A DNA stretch of 63,907 nucleotides, filler included, from Rhabdomonas costata (lineage: Eukaryota): assembly GCA_019059605.1 (NCBI GenBank). It is 32 parts of 32 records of this genome, joined end to end, with 100 filler letters (N's around TTAATTAATTAA, not from the genome) between each part and the next. Parts side by side here need not be neighbours in the genome. Positions count along the whole stretch, not along the records: positions 12,113 to 14,010 come from JAHMHO010007620.1; positions 14,111 to 16,000 come from JAHMHO010007621.1; positions 16,101 to 17,995 come from JAHMHO010007622.1; positions 18,096 to 19,993 come from JAHMHO010007623.1; positions 20,094 to 21,990 come from JAHMHO010007624.1; positions 22,091 to 23,987 come from JAHMHO010007625.1; positions 24,088 to 25,984 come from JAHMHO010007626.1; 25 more parts are not named here. The stretch is one strand, 5' to 3'. This document shows, in pieces, positions 12,385-24,464 of the stretch. Made by a program: the position numbers and the translations under genes. The notes beneath the pieces were generated by a model. The model worked only from the letters and a program-made list of their open reading frames with translations, searched no databases and was not told the origin of the DNA. The stretch's first letter is position 1, and each line of letters starts with the position of its first letter.

Positions 12385-13769
12385 CTTTTCGGCCTTTTCC
12401 TTGAGTAGCTCACCAATCGAGGGGCCCCTGAAAAAACGAGCCACATCTGGAGGGCTGCGCATGCACCTCAGAAGCACATTATTAATCACGCACGATGTGT
12501 AAGCCCGTGTAAATCCCGAATCCCGTGCATTGTTCCTATTGCCCTCGAACACTGTGAGGAATCCTGCTCGTGACACCTTTCATCCATTCACATTTTTTCA
12601 CGGGGTGGAGATGACCAAAAAGGGGACAACTAATACAAGGAACCCAGGAAGGTAGCCTTGACATCGCTTGCAAGAATTACAATCCCAACTTAGCGGGCAT
12701 TAGTTCGGGTGAATGTTCGGTTTAACGTCACTTTTCAGTGCTCTGCAAGTGCGATTTCCACAAAGCAGCTGGATAAAAGGAAAGCGCACAAAATACCCAG
12801 CTTCATTGTTTGTCGAGGGGCGAATTAGCTGGCAGCCAACCCACAGCGACCATCCTGAGAACCACAACAGGCCAAGGATCATGCGGGTGGTTAGAGAATC
12901 ACAGGAAAAATCTTGGTGAAAACAGACAGGCCACAGCGGGTCACAGCGGGTGCGGAACTGAACGGCCGTCAGACATCGACCTGGATTCACCTCGTGCTCG
13001 AAACCAGTCAACACGGTGTGCTCTATGGATGCGTGAAACCGTTAATAAGCTGAGGTACGATGAAAATGGTTATAAGTTAAGTTATAATGGTAATAAGCTC
13101 TGGCCCACCAGTCATTGCAGTTGCCGAGCAAACGTACCCACTTGCCTCGTATGTGCTCAACCCCGGGACGCAGAAGGAGGGATTCACCATCACCTGTGAC
13201 GCAGATCAGGTACTGGGCGTCTTTTAGGGTGTTGTACAGCTCTCTCCAGCAGGGTCCAGGCTTGAACGGGCCTTGGTCGGTGGGAACCGGTGGGTGAGCC
13301 GGATCCACCTCCGCATCCTTTTGGGCAAGGAAATCCTGGGAATCGAGGGAAAACTCGTTTGACTCGTGAATAGTAGGAGAAATGAGTACACGGGAAGGCT
13401 TTCACATTGTCTCACTGCGAGGAAACAAGGAATTATTGGGAGACGGGAACAATTTCCCTTTGGTTTACATTGCAGAGGGAAAACGCTGTGTGGAATCATG
13501 TCTCCCAAGGGTTTGACCGCGGAGCCTGACCACCACGCGATACGTCTTTTTTTTGTGGGCATCAAGGGGGAAAATGTGCTGCTTAAGGGAGATTACCCTC
13601 GCCCTTGGGTTCCAGGCATCCATAAAAAACCACCACCACATGCCGTTCCACAGAATACAAGAAATGACGTAAGGGTTGCCTGAAACATGGACAGCCGGCA
13701 GTTTCGCCGCTGCGGGAAGCTCGCGGATGCACATTCGGTGACTGGGTCTGCTTCGGCAGTGGAATCGAC
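12385..13769 (-). CDS. Phospholipase D, plant PLD alpha/delta-like; exons 13769-13680, 13317-13194, 12854-12797, 12427-12385 (partial)
   Basis: Spliced product ASFPQRRNCRLSMFQ|DAEV...PGPCWRELYNTLKDAQYLICVTG|WSLWVGCQLIRP...|SIGELLKEKAEK matches plant PLD motifs F.QR.GC.V.LYQDAH, CW.DI..AI..A.HLIYITGWS and LGELLK.KA. Confidence 0.88.
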
Positions 13770-14354
13770 CTGGAACACCCCACAAGATGTCACCCCATAC
13801 CAAGAGCAACCCTTACTCAATCGAAACTCAAAACCACACGGCAGAGTGAATTAGCTGCAATTCACACTCAGCCCCCCCAAAAGTCACACCTGCAAACCCG
13901 CATCTGGAGTATATTGTGGGGCCTATAATTGAACATTGCAAAAAGGTGGACTTGAAAAAACGGGAACCCTCCCCTCCCCAACAAAAAGAACAAAAAAGGG
14001 CCCCCACCTGNNNNNNNNNNNNNNNNNNNNNNNNNNNNNNNNNNNNNNNNNNNNTTAATTAATTAANNNNNNNNNNNNNNNNNNNNNNNNNNNNNNNNNN
14101 NNNNNNNNNNTTTTGAACTTGCACTCCTTGGTTTTTTTTTTTGCATGTTTTTGCACTTTGATAATAATGCTCCTGGCTGGAGGCCAACTTATGTGGACGC
14201 AGCGCTTCAGCCTGAGATAAGGCAAGAACTTCTCGTTTTCTCGTGCCTTCGACTCCAAAACTCCTCTTCTTATCACCTCACTATGTGCCAAGTACTGGCC
14301 CGGCTCTTATAAACCCATCCCTCGCACTGCCGTGGGGGGTGGGGGGCGGTCCAG

Positions 14355-16000
14355 AGCACTGGGCTGTGGTGCGCATTGCTGCCGAAGATAGCGTCGCGGA
14401 GCCTGCCCAGGTGCTCGCGCTGCACGACCGGGTCAAGCCCGAAGTGGCCTCCGGTATGGTGCGGGAGCATTGTGGGTTTGTGAGGAGCTATGGACACTCT
14501 GCCGATTTCGAGGCTTCTTGCTTCTTGCTTCCCCCTGGTTTCTCTGTGCAAGTTCAAATCCACCTTTCACCTCCAACAGTCGGGACAGGCAACCCGATTA
14601 TTTTTACCCGGAGAATTTGGTCCCTGGCGAAGCTTTTCTGCTGTTCTTGCTTTTTCTTGGGAGGTTGAAAGCCGTGCTCTGAGAAAAAGTGAACCTGTCT
14701 CTTAAATCTCCCCCACAGAGAACACCAGGAACTGTTCTGTGTCAACCCCGACGGAAGGAGTTACAGCTGAAAAAAAGCTTTAAAAGAAGGGATAAAACCC
14801 TTGAGGTGCGGACCCCGCAAGAAAGAAACGACCTGTGTCTTTCAGAAACTTCTGTTGTATCATACAACGCAAACCGAGCGGGCGGGAGGGCTGTGTCAAC
14901 AAAAAAGGAACGCAGCTGCGAGAAAAACAACAGTTTATCACTTGCGGATACTCTCTACTGTTTCATCAAACTCCCCCACCCCTTCATCGTGCACAGCTCC
15001 TGTTCCTGCCGTGGTGAGTGCTCGCGTTGCCGCTGCCACGGGAGCTGGCACCACCTCAGGCAAAGGGAAGGCACCTCCCAGTCGCGGGACGGTATATCCT
15101 CGTCTTCTCCAAGCTTCCCACCTCCACCCCTTGCGCTTGCGCGTTGTAGCCCCCTTCTTGCGATGTGTTTCAGTTGCGGAGCAGAATAGAACATATTCAC
15201 ATATGCAGACACTGAGTTCGTTTCGTCAGCTATTTTTGCACCGCTTGGCAGTGCTCCGTCGCCCAGTACCATCCAGGATGGGCTGCCAAGAGTGGAGGAG
15301 TGAGCTTAACAATCATTTCATGCAAGGCAACCGTGTGGCATATGACATGGAGACAAAAAAGTGGGATTCAGTGGCTGTCTCCTTCTTTTCTTCAGGGTGC
15401 TCCAGGGATTCCTGCGGGGAACGGTGACCACCCCACCCTATTTTCATACCCTGCAACTCCCCGTCCCAGCCTCCTGGCATTTTATTCCCGTTTTATTCCC
15501 GCTTATTGTCATTGGGTGAGTTTTGGGGCACACTTGTTGAGGCACATCTGCGATCCGAATGTCGTTTGTTGCGCGTGCATCAGCCAGGTGACCCGATCCA
15601 ATTGGGAAAAATTTCCATTTCTAATTTTTCATTTCCCAGTCACTCCAGATTTCTCAGCAGTCATGTTGAGAGGTGAGAGAGTCTTGAATCTTCCTTGTGG
15701 TACAAGTGGTTTTTGCTCGCTTTCTCTCCCTGCCCCGCCACCGTGTTTGAGGTTGGATTTACAGCTCAAAAATACAAGCGAAAGCAGCTCTTCAGTAACC
15801 GCACACGGTGTTCTCGTCCCTTTCCACGGAAAATCACAACGAAATGGACAAACTTCGTCAGGTGCACAATCTGTAAGGAATGCAGGCACAGAGAAACATA
15901 CACACACACACACACACACACAGGGGGAGTGCTGGATAATCAAACCAGGCGGAGATGTAGTCCGAGCGAAGTTCCGAGGCTACCACTTCGCAATGAGACG
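14355..16000 (+). CDS. Hypothetical multi-exon gene fragment (weak resemblance to the alpha-kinase N-lobe entry)
   Basis: AG/GT-bounded exons near 14355-14453, 14997-15091, 15230-15370 and 15924-16000; the peptide FMQGNRVAYDMETKKWDS is only loosely alpha-kinase-like. Confidence 0.4.
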
Positions 16001-16474
16001 NNNNNNNNNNNNNNNNNNNNNNNNNNNNNNNNNNNNNNNNNNNNTTAATTAATTAANNNNNNNNNNNNNNNNNNNNNNNNNNNNNNNNNNNNNNNNNNNN
16101 TTTTTTTGGTTGGCACTGGTCATGCTAAAAGTGAGAAATACCGCTGAAACGTTAATTCTGCCGATGGAGTCTCACGGAGGAGAAAATTCCAGAAACACCC
16201 AATAGGGTCGCATGCCATCATTTCAGTGCGCCATTGGGAAGATACCTGTAACCAGCTATCTTGCTTTTCAATGCAACAGTCCACAGCAGTATTTCTTTCA
16301 CCTAAATACCGAAGTTTGTTTAAGTTAAAAGCGCCTCATTTAAAGTATATCCCAAAAACACTCATTTTGAAGGTGGCGCGGGCAATACTTATAACGCATG
16401 GCAAGAAATCTGGAAATCGAAGTTCGGTTCCAATGAACGGGAGGTGGGAGCGTTGGGGAGGTTGGGACACATAC

Positions 16475-16657
16475 AGTCAGTGTCTTGCCCAGGCCCATGG
16501 TGTGGGCTACGATACATCCCCTGAGGTCGTCGGAGGGAGGCATGATGAGCCGCTGCCACAGGAAGCTCAACGCGTTGAACTGGTGCGGCTTCAGCACTCC
16601 AAAGGCCCGGGGCGAAAGCTGCACCACGGGCTCGTCGGGGAGCTTCCCTGCATTAAC
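16475..16657 (-). CDS. SNF2-family helicase, ATRX/ARIP4-like, Q-motif and motif I exon; further upstream exons likely within 17000-17860
   Basis: LKPHQFNALSFLWQRL...GCIVAHTMGLGKTLT; 183-bp exon bounded by CAG and GTATGT. Confidence 0.9.
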
Positions 16658-18725
16658 CTGAGCACACCCACCCTCGTTCACATCATCTGTTGAAAAAATT
16701 GCTCCTGGACTTTCAAAAAAGATTACTAGCCCGTACAGAACTGGTGATGGTAATCGTGATGGTGATGGTGAGATACACAGTCGCCCCCAGCATCATGCCC
16801 ACAGCAGCGAAACACCAGCGGGGAGTTGCATCGCATCCTAAATCTCATAGAAGGAACAGCCCTGGAAAAAATGCACTCCACTGAAAGGAATGTGAGAGTA
16901 GAAAAAGCAAGGGAGCAGGAAAAACTGAAGGAAACATGCTTTAGTCTCTGTGGCCCCCCCACGATTGTTCCGGCAAGCCATGAAACAAACAGCTCCCCAG
17001 TGTCCCCGCGAGCTGGGTACGTATGCACACAATGTATTGGGAGAGGGCGGTTGCAATCTACGCGACAACGTGGGCGTCTGCGGGAAGTACCATTCTGGCT
17101 CGAACGGTAGGGTTCTTCTCGGCAATTGGGCAGAGTACCAGCCGACGAGACTCGGAGCCCATTCCAGTGCGCCCTGCACACGTGTGCATACCCGAAACGC
17201 CATCACAGCAACCAACTCGTTAGTGAAAGTGGCGGTCAAGTGATGGCACTAGTCCAATGACCTTCCATGGTGCTCAATGTCCACTGAATACTGCCCGGCA
17301 TCTTGTGTCCAGCACACCAATAAACCAGTGATAGCTACAAGCTCCAATAAGTCCACATTCAGGAAATCAGGAACTACTAATCATCCCAAAGCTCCTGGTA
17401 GGGATGACCCTCCCCCCAGAAAATCCTCACGTGATACACATACATCGCTTCCAGGAGGCAGAAGTATCGTCGATGTAGTCATAGTCCGAGCTCGAGTCCG
17501 AGGAGGTAGTCTCTGAGTCTCTGACCGCCTCAATCTCAGGGCCAGACGAAGAAGATGAGGAAACCACCACTACAAGAAGGCCAAGAATCATAGAACATAT
17601 CACATAGAACAGCAAAACAACCACAAACAAAGGCAATTTCATCTCCGAGTGCGTGACTTTATATTTGAACGACAAAAGATTGCAATGGCAATAGGCAAAA
17701 ACCCCCGCGAAAACAGGGACAAGAATGCAAAAAAAAAACGATGAGCAAGGTCAAACGTCGTGGCAGCAACAAAGAGCCACCTGGCTCCGAGGCGTGCTCC
17801 GCCATTCGCTTCTTCAGCGATTCGGAGAACGCCTTCATGGCATCCCTGCAATCCCCCAAAACCATCAAAACTAATCTGGATCACGACGGTTGCCCACAAC
17901 ATACTCAAGCGAAAGCAATGCGAAAGAAAATTTAGTCGTCATGGGTTCCGGCAAGCGTGCGGGCACCCACCCACCACCCCAAACACACCCACCACNNNNN
18001 NNNNNNNNNNNNNNNNNNNNNNNNNNNNNNNNNNNNNNNTTAATTAATTAANNNNNNNNNNNNNNNNNNNNNNNNNNNNNNNNNNNNNNNNNNNNGTGGG
18101 CAAGCAAACGAAGCACAGAGAAAGAAGGAGCCCCTCCCGGACGCCCCCTCCCTCTAGATGCGGATCTCTTAATTTCACTAACCTGTCCTTGGGGACTCCT
18201 GCTTCCTAACCCCCAGCAAAAACACTTCCATATAAAAAGTAGCAAGCTGAGATATTGCATTTTTGGGGATGCCGCTGGGTCGAGAGCAACTCCTTTTCAT
18301 CCTGATAACGCCCGACTGATCATGCGCACATTATTTTACGCTCAAAACTAGTCCCCCCCTTTTGACGCAGTGAAGACCAGCAATGAAAATTCGGGAAGTC
18401 ATCGGATCGAAAGCTCCGCACTCCTCAAACTGGATGGGTGGGATTTCGGCGATGAGCCGCAGCCTGCACCCCAGTTGGAAGGACTCTCCAATTTGCAGCA
18501 GCAACAACAACACACAAAATCAGCAAGCAACGGTGGTCGGCTAAAGACGTCGAAAAGGTTGTCACAAAACTCGCAGAGAAAACGCAGACGAAAACCCCAC
18601 ACCTTTCCAAGAAAAAAGCAACGCGAAAAAACGTACTTAGCACTAAAATTAGAAAACTACACCGGCACATAAACCAAACTTTCTGATCAGGTCCCAAAAA
18701 CCCAACCTGAAAACAACACGTGCAC

Positions 18726-19776
18726 CTCCTCATCTGGAATCCCGCTGAAGTACTTGATGGGCTTCCCCATCGTCCCATCGGGCCGTGGCTGGATGATGAA
18801 GGCCGTCCCTCGGCCCTACCCAAAAAACCGCTTCACCACATCAGCGTCCGTCGTCGACGAGCTGAACGCCGGCCACACCACATAGTGCCCCTCCACGTAC
18901 AGCCCCTTGTGGACTTTCACGTCCAGGCCTCGGTACAGCTGCACCGCGGGCCGAAGCGCAGGCACAGCGGCAAGGGCGCGGTGGATATGCCGGATCACGT
19001 CTCTCCACCGCCCGATCTCAGCGCCATCATTGTTCCGCAGCCCTCGGTTCACCTAACCCAACAAACCACAACGCACACCGAGGCCATCTAATGCGGCGCG
19101 GAAAAAACAGGCACGAGGATTCTGGGCATGTGAACGGCAGGTGCGAGGGCACACCCGCTTGTAAATCTCCGTCTCCAGGGAATACACATGAAGCGCCGCC
19201 GCATCGTCAAAGCTGACCCCGGACAGAGGGCCTCCCTCCCCTTCTCGAGCCTTCCCCTCCATCACCTCCTGGGCCTTCACCCGCGCTTTGGACACCACCA
19301 ATGCCATCGTGGGACGCACCACAGCCTCATGGGGATCCACCGTGGCCCCAGCATGCCGGCTCTGAAGGTGATCGGCCAGGTCACTGGTGATCCCTTCGCA
19401 CCGCTGGCAGACCCAGTACTCCTCCGCTTGTTCCAGCTCCAGCTTCGCGAGGATGTCCAGGAAGGGCTCCAGGGACTGGTCAGCGTTTTCTGCGGGGAGG
19501 TCTGCGGGCTGGGAGCGCTGGTCCAAACCTTCACAGAACTTGGTGGTCTTTGGGAGATGGTGCTGGCTCGGCTGGGGGTCAGGCCCTTGCTTTAAAAGGC
19601 GGATGTCGCTCTGAAGCTTGCGCATTCGCTTTCGAAGAAGCAGAATAAAAAGCTCTTGCATCTTGGGAGGCAAGGTGTCCACGTCAGCCTCCATAAGAGT
19701 GGACAAGGAAACGTCGTGTTCGTTCAGAACTGTGCGAAGGGAGGGAAAGGTGGGATCCGATCGAAGCCGTCTTATC
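18726..19776 (-). CDS. ADP-ribosyltransferase (R-S-E, arginine-ART/exoenzyme-like) preceded by a C2H2-like finger; exons about 19776-19155 and 19052-18726; in-frame TAG at 18816-18818
   Basis: AAALHVYSLETEIYKR|VNRGLR...QLYRGL...VVWPAFSSST...FFG*GRGTAFII...GKPIKYFSGIPDEE; upstream CQRCEGITSDLADHLQSRH. Confidence 0.85.
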
Positions 19777-20562
19777 CTAATGAAACAATAACAAGAACAC
19801 AAAGCACGTGAAAAGTTGGAGCCTTCCGCACCACCACGCCACAAACCCAATTCCTGCTCTTCACTGCTGCTGCTCTCCTTCGGGTTCCCCACCTCAAAAT
19901 CTTCTCCATTTGGATCCTAAAGTAAGCCAGACAAAGAAAAAGTTAATCACAGGATGATATCTTAGTAGTGAGGAGAGCGCTTGCAAACCCACANNNNNNN
20001 NNNNNNNNNNNNNNNNNNNNNNNNNNNNNNNNNNNNNTTAATTAATTAANNNNNNNNNNNNNNNNNNNNNNNNNNNNNNNNNNNNNNNNNNNNGTTTTTG
20101 TTCCCCTTCCTCTGTGTGAAATGTTGTGGGTGTCCAATTTCAACTCATCACACCTCTGTGGGACTATTTTGGCTGCGAAGGTGTTCTTGCGCAACAAGGT
20201 GGGGACGACTTGTGTTCTTTGTATGTGGGCTACCTAGGTGGACCTCGACTAAGGTCGATTTTATCCTTGAATTGCCATACGGCGAAGTCCGCAGCCTGTG
20301 TTGAGGACTCCTTCACCCCAGATCTCTTCCAAACCTGCAATTTTTGCCGTTGGTAATCACGTGGGGCCCAAATTCCTGCCCCAGGCCAGGGCCAGCAGTG
20401 AAAACAGTCATTGTTGACCGATTTTATAATCCGTCCAGTGTTTATTATACAATGTGAACCCTTGTGCCGCTTACCCAAAGTTGGACGCAGCACAATGCTG
20501 TTGTGTTTCTTTTCCGGTTTTTATTCCCCCTCTTTTTTTGTGTGCTTTTTTTAACTTTGCAT

Positions 20563-20645
20563 GTTCATGTCCACATTTATGTCCTTTGCATGTCCATATC
20601 TATATCCATGTCCTTTGCATGTCCATGTCCATGTCCATGTCCCAT
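20563..20645. repeat. Degenerate (CCATGT)n hexamer microsatellite
   Basis: Repeated ATGTCC units. Confidence 0.8.
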
Positions 20646-21160
20646 TCGAAAAATGGGATGAAAATGGCTTGCTTAAATTTTGGAAAGAAGGAATGAAGAG
20701 AAAATACGATTGGGGGAGAGGGGCGCAAATGGCATTAAAATGACTTAACGGAACAAAAGCAAGCTCAGATTTTTGGGCCATGTAACGGTCTCGCTTTACG
20801 GTTTAACTGTCAAGAAAATTGTTTCAGATCTCCTTCCTTGGTTTCGACTTCTCTTGCCATTGGGCCCACTATGTACACGCACTCTAGGGTAACAATGCAG
20901 CCGCTGGCTGTCGGGATAAACCACCGTACCTCACCACAAAATGTGTTTTCCTTCAGTCCAGTTATCATCGTTAGGTGCTTTTTTCGGTGTATTTGTTTTT
21001 GTTGGTTTGGATTTGCTTGACGCGGCCTTGTCGTGGTTTTGGCCTTACTAAGCGTTTGATTTTGTTGCTTTTTTGGCAAATTATTAATCGTGGTAAGGTT
21101 GATGGTTCGCTGAAGAAGCACCTGCTACGGAGAATTGGGGCCCTGTTCCTGCGTCCTCAG

Positions 21161-21415
21161 ATCTGGCAGAGCAAGCGCGACGGCGGGGGCTCTGCACTGC
21201 GCGGGGGCTCTGAGGTGCGGGACGGCTTCTGTGTGGCCGTGGACCTCTCCGCGGGGGCCGTGGCCGCGGCCACCGCCGCCGCTGCGCACCACGCTCTCTC
21301 TGAGCTGCTGCTTTCCGTGGTCACCCTCACTGCAGCCCTAGGGAGAGCTGGGATCACTCAGTTTGCCGTGCTGACCCTCCGCCAGGGGGCCCGCGTGGTC
21401 AAGGCCGCGGAGCAG
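21161..21415 (+). CDS. Exon encoding a divergent VWA-like segment (midasin C-terminus-like)
   Basis: 255-bp AG/GT exon IWQSKRDGG...FCVAVDLS...LLLSVVTLTAALGRAGITQFAVLTLRQGARVVK; DxS present but the MIDAS DxSxS is incomplete. Confidence 0.5.
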
Positions 21416-22743
21416 GTGCGGGCGGGTCTCCTTCTCCTTCTTCTCTCCCTGAGTACGAAGGCGGAGAGATGTCAGCACCCTCTCAAAACCTCGGGAGCAT
21501 TCACAGGGTTCAGTTTTGATTGACTATCGCCGGAGCGGAACCAAATCACATACCCACACTGGCGAAAAACCTTCTTTTAAGACTCCAAGCTGAATCGAAG
21601 CATACCGAGTCCCCGAGCGTATCTGTCCTGCTTCACAATTATACACTGCATGATCATCTCATAATGGTTATAATACGAGTGGAGATGACATAGTGGCAAC
21701 TCTGTCAAATCTGAAGCCCCGGTGCGAGCCCCGACAGGCCCTTCTTTGAGGGATGTCCCATTCTCCGAAGCCATAGCCCCAGCATCAAACAAAAGCTGTG
21801 CTCAAAAGCACGACTGGGATCACTCGGTTCATGGAAGTCGATGGTTGGCACACTCCCATTCTTGACTCTTCTCCGCACGATCCAGGAAGTCGGGTGCCTG
21901 AAAGCGGAACTCTTTTCGCTTCCGTTCGTTTCGTTCGATCGCCCATCTCCCACCCTTTATCATTGATGGTCGGGAAGAATAAACAACCCCNNNNNNNNNN
22001 NNNNNNNNNNNNNNNNNNNNNNNNNNNNNNNNNNTTAATTAATTAANNNNNNNNNNNNNNNNNNNNNNNNNNNNNNNNNNNNNNNNNNNNTGTGTTGGTG
22101 TGTTGGGGGTGGTTTCCTGCGGTCGGCCTCTCCTGCTCTGAGTCTCTGTTCTCCCTGGATGTGTGATATGTGTGTATGTGTCTGCCTGCGTGTTGAAGAG
22201 TGATGACGCGTCCGCCGAAACCTGATGCACTGCATCTTCCATTGAGCCGCACACTTCCTCAGTCGGCCTCGTCTGGGTACAGTGTAGATCGCCCTCCCCT
22301 CCCAAGGAAGTGGCAAAGGGAAATGTTAGAGAAATGTGTCTAAACCGAAGCGGAGAATGGGGGGGGTGGGGTTGACTGAGCAGACAAGGCGTAAAAGACG
22401 GTGGGTTCTAATGTCTTTCTTGGGAGAGGGAGGGAAAGCTAACAGAAGTCTAACAACGGGCAATGCATACACACAAAAAACAGGGATTTGTAACGTGGGT
22501 GATGGTAGCAGTGGTTCGAAGAAAAAACACAGACCAAGGGGTAGTTGAAAGTGTGAGAAAGTGTGAGTTTAACAACAAAGCAAGCCAACGCCGACGACAA
22601 ATAAAATCACAGAGGCTCCCAAGAAATGGATACGGTATGAACAGGGACAAAATTCGTGTATTTGGGGTGCATTCTGGAATAATGGGATGGGATGGGAAGA
22701 TGGGCGAGTGAAGACTGGTCCGAATAGCGGGAAGGGGGCACAC

Positions 22744-23934
22744 CGGCAGTTCTGCAGCATACAATAGCTCTGCGTAGTGTCCGGCACCATCTGAGAAGGG
22801 CAGCGGTTGCACCGCGAGCGATCGCTAGACGCCACCGTGCCCCTGGGGCATGGCGCGCACTCAGACTGGCCAAAGCCTGTTCGATATTTGGAATGGTGCA
22901 TCGACCTTTCCACATCAACGAAAAAAATTACCTCATTAACTAAGAGATGGAAAATGAATTGAGAATCGTTCCCTTCACTTACCCACCACAAACGCAACGC
23001 GACGCGAAAACATGAAAAGGCAGGGATCAGAGTGGATGTGGTGAGGCGATACGGCATAAAAAAGGGAAAAAAAGGCATATACTTGAGGCGAAGGCTCCCG
23101 TGGGGCAGGGATGGGGCTGATCGGTCAGAGGCGGGCAGTACATCCCAGGCGCGCAAGGGACGCAGGCGGGCTGTCACAGAAGGTCCCGAACCAAACGCAG
23201 AGACACGCCGTAACAGCGACATACAAACACAAGCACCCCCCCCCTCCCGGTTGACGTATCCCTCTCTTATGAAAAACATCTCTACCCTTTCTTTCAATTT
23301 AAACTCACTGACTGCGTACAAAACAAAAACAAATCAGCTGTAGGCACACCTGGGGCACCGCCGGCGTGCGACGAAACATGAATTTCTCTCTCTTTTTTGC
23401 CAAGCCAGCAACATCCCCAAACATAGTCTCTACGGCAGCTGTAAGAAACGACGTTCTCCGGCCTATTTCTAGCATAAACCTCTCCTGGGCTCTACCCTGG
23501 TGTGCCAAACAGGCGGCCAGCACGGGTCATATTCTGAAGCACCTGCAAATTCGAAAAGACCCCCTTTGGCCTGTGTAAACAAACAATTTTCAGCTGTTTC
23601 ATTCTGGAATGGCGTGAAATAATTAATGGGGCACGCGTCACCACTCTTATTCATCTTATCACATTAAATACTGCCTTTTTTGGTACTCCAATTGGCGTTG
23701 CCTGCATTTTGTCTGCAATGCAACCATCAACCCCAATCCATGCTTGTCAGTCGTGTGACAGGATATGGGAGGGGGAGCAGTGCGCCGAAGGGGGTACCGC
23801 TCCTCCGGAGGTGGCGCCCGTGACGACAAGAGACCGCAGCCCGTACACCGCATCCTCGGTGGCCTTGCGGTATGTCCACACCAGCTGGTACAGGCCCTGT
23901 GGCATGGCCGGGCCCGTAAACCGCTGTGCCTCCC
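22744..23934 (-). CDS. Cys-rich surface or endosomal protein with GCC2/GCC3 (ephrin-receptor-like) repeats, ELAPOR/KIAA1324-like; exons 23934-23798, 23170-23083, 22876-22744
   Basis: YQLVWTYRK...LRSLVVTGATSGGA|PACVPCAPGMYCP...CPTGAFAS|SFGQSECAPCPRGTVASSDRSRCNRCP; phases are consistent. Confidence 0.75.
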
Positions 23935-24464
23935 CTGCAGCACAGACAACGACTCCGCCCACCCCCACCCTAAACTCACCCAACACANNNNNNNNNNNNN
24001 NNNNNNNNNNNNNNNNNNNNNNNNNNNNNNNTTAATTAATTAANNNNNNNNNNNNNNNNNNNNNNNNNNNNNNNNNNNNNNNNNNNNTTTTTGGGTTGGG
24101 ATGCGGGCTGGGTTGAGATGCAACTGGTCGGGAATTCACGTCTCCTCTTGGAAGTGTTACAGATATCTCCGGCCGCAGAGCCCAACGAAGATACCAATCA
24201 TGAATTGTCAGATCGGAGGGGGGGGGTGACATTCAATTAAAGCTGGTTACGCAAACCCCTTCGAAGAAGCTCCACGTTGAACTTTGAGGTCTTGGAGGTT
24301 TCGAAACGTTTTCTGACATTTTCCGTCCCGAAAGGTTCCAGGTTGAATTTCAAGTTTGCAAGTTCTGCTTTTTTGGTAGAGAAATCTTTAGTAGAGAGCG
24401 TCTCAGCGGCAGCACATTTTGCAAAATGTTTTCTTTACGTGACAGGGACTTTTTCTTGCCCGCA

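Noticed and set aside
18816-18818. Genome-wide reassignment of TAG
   Set aside because: Only one in-frame TAG among all reconstructed exons; the 636-codon NACHT ORF has none and the 8428-9939 gene appears to end in TAG
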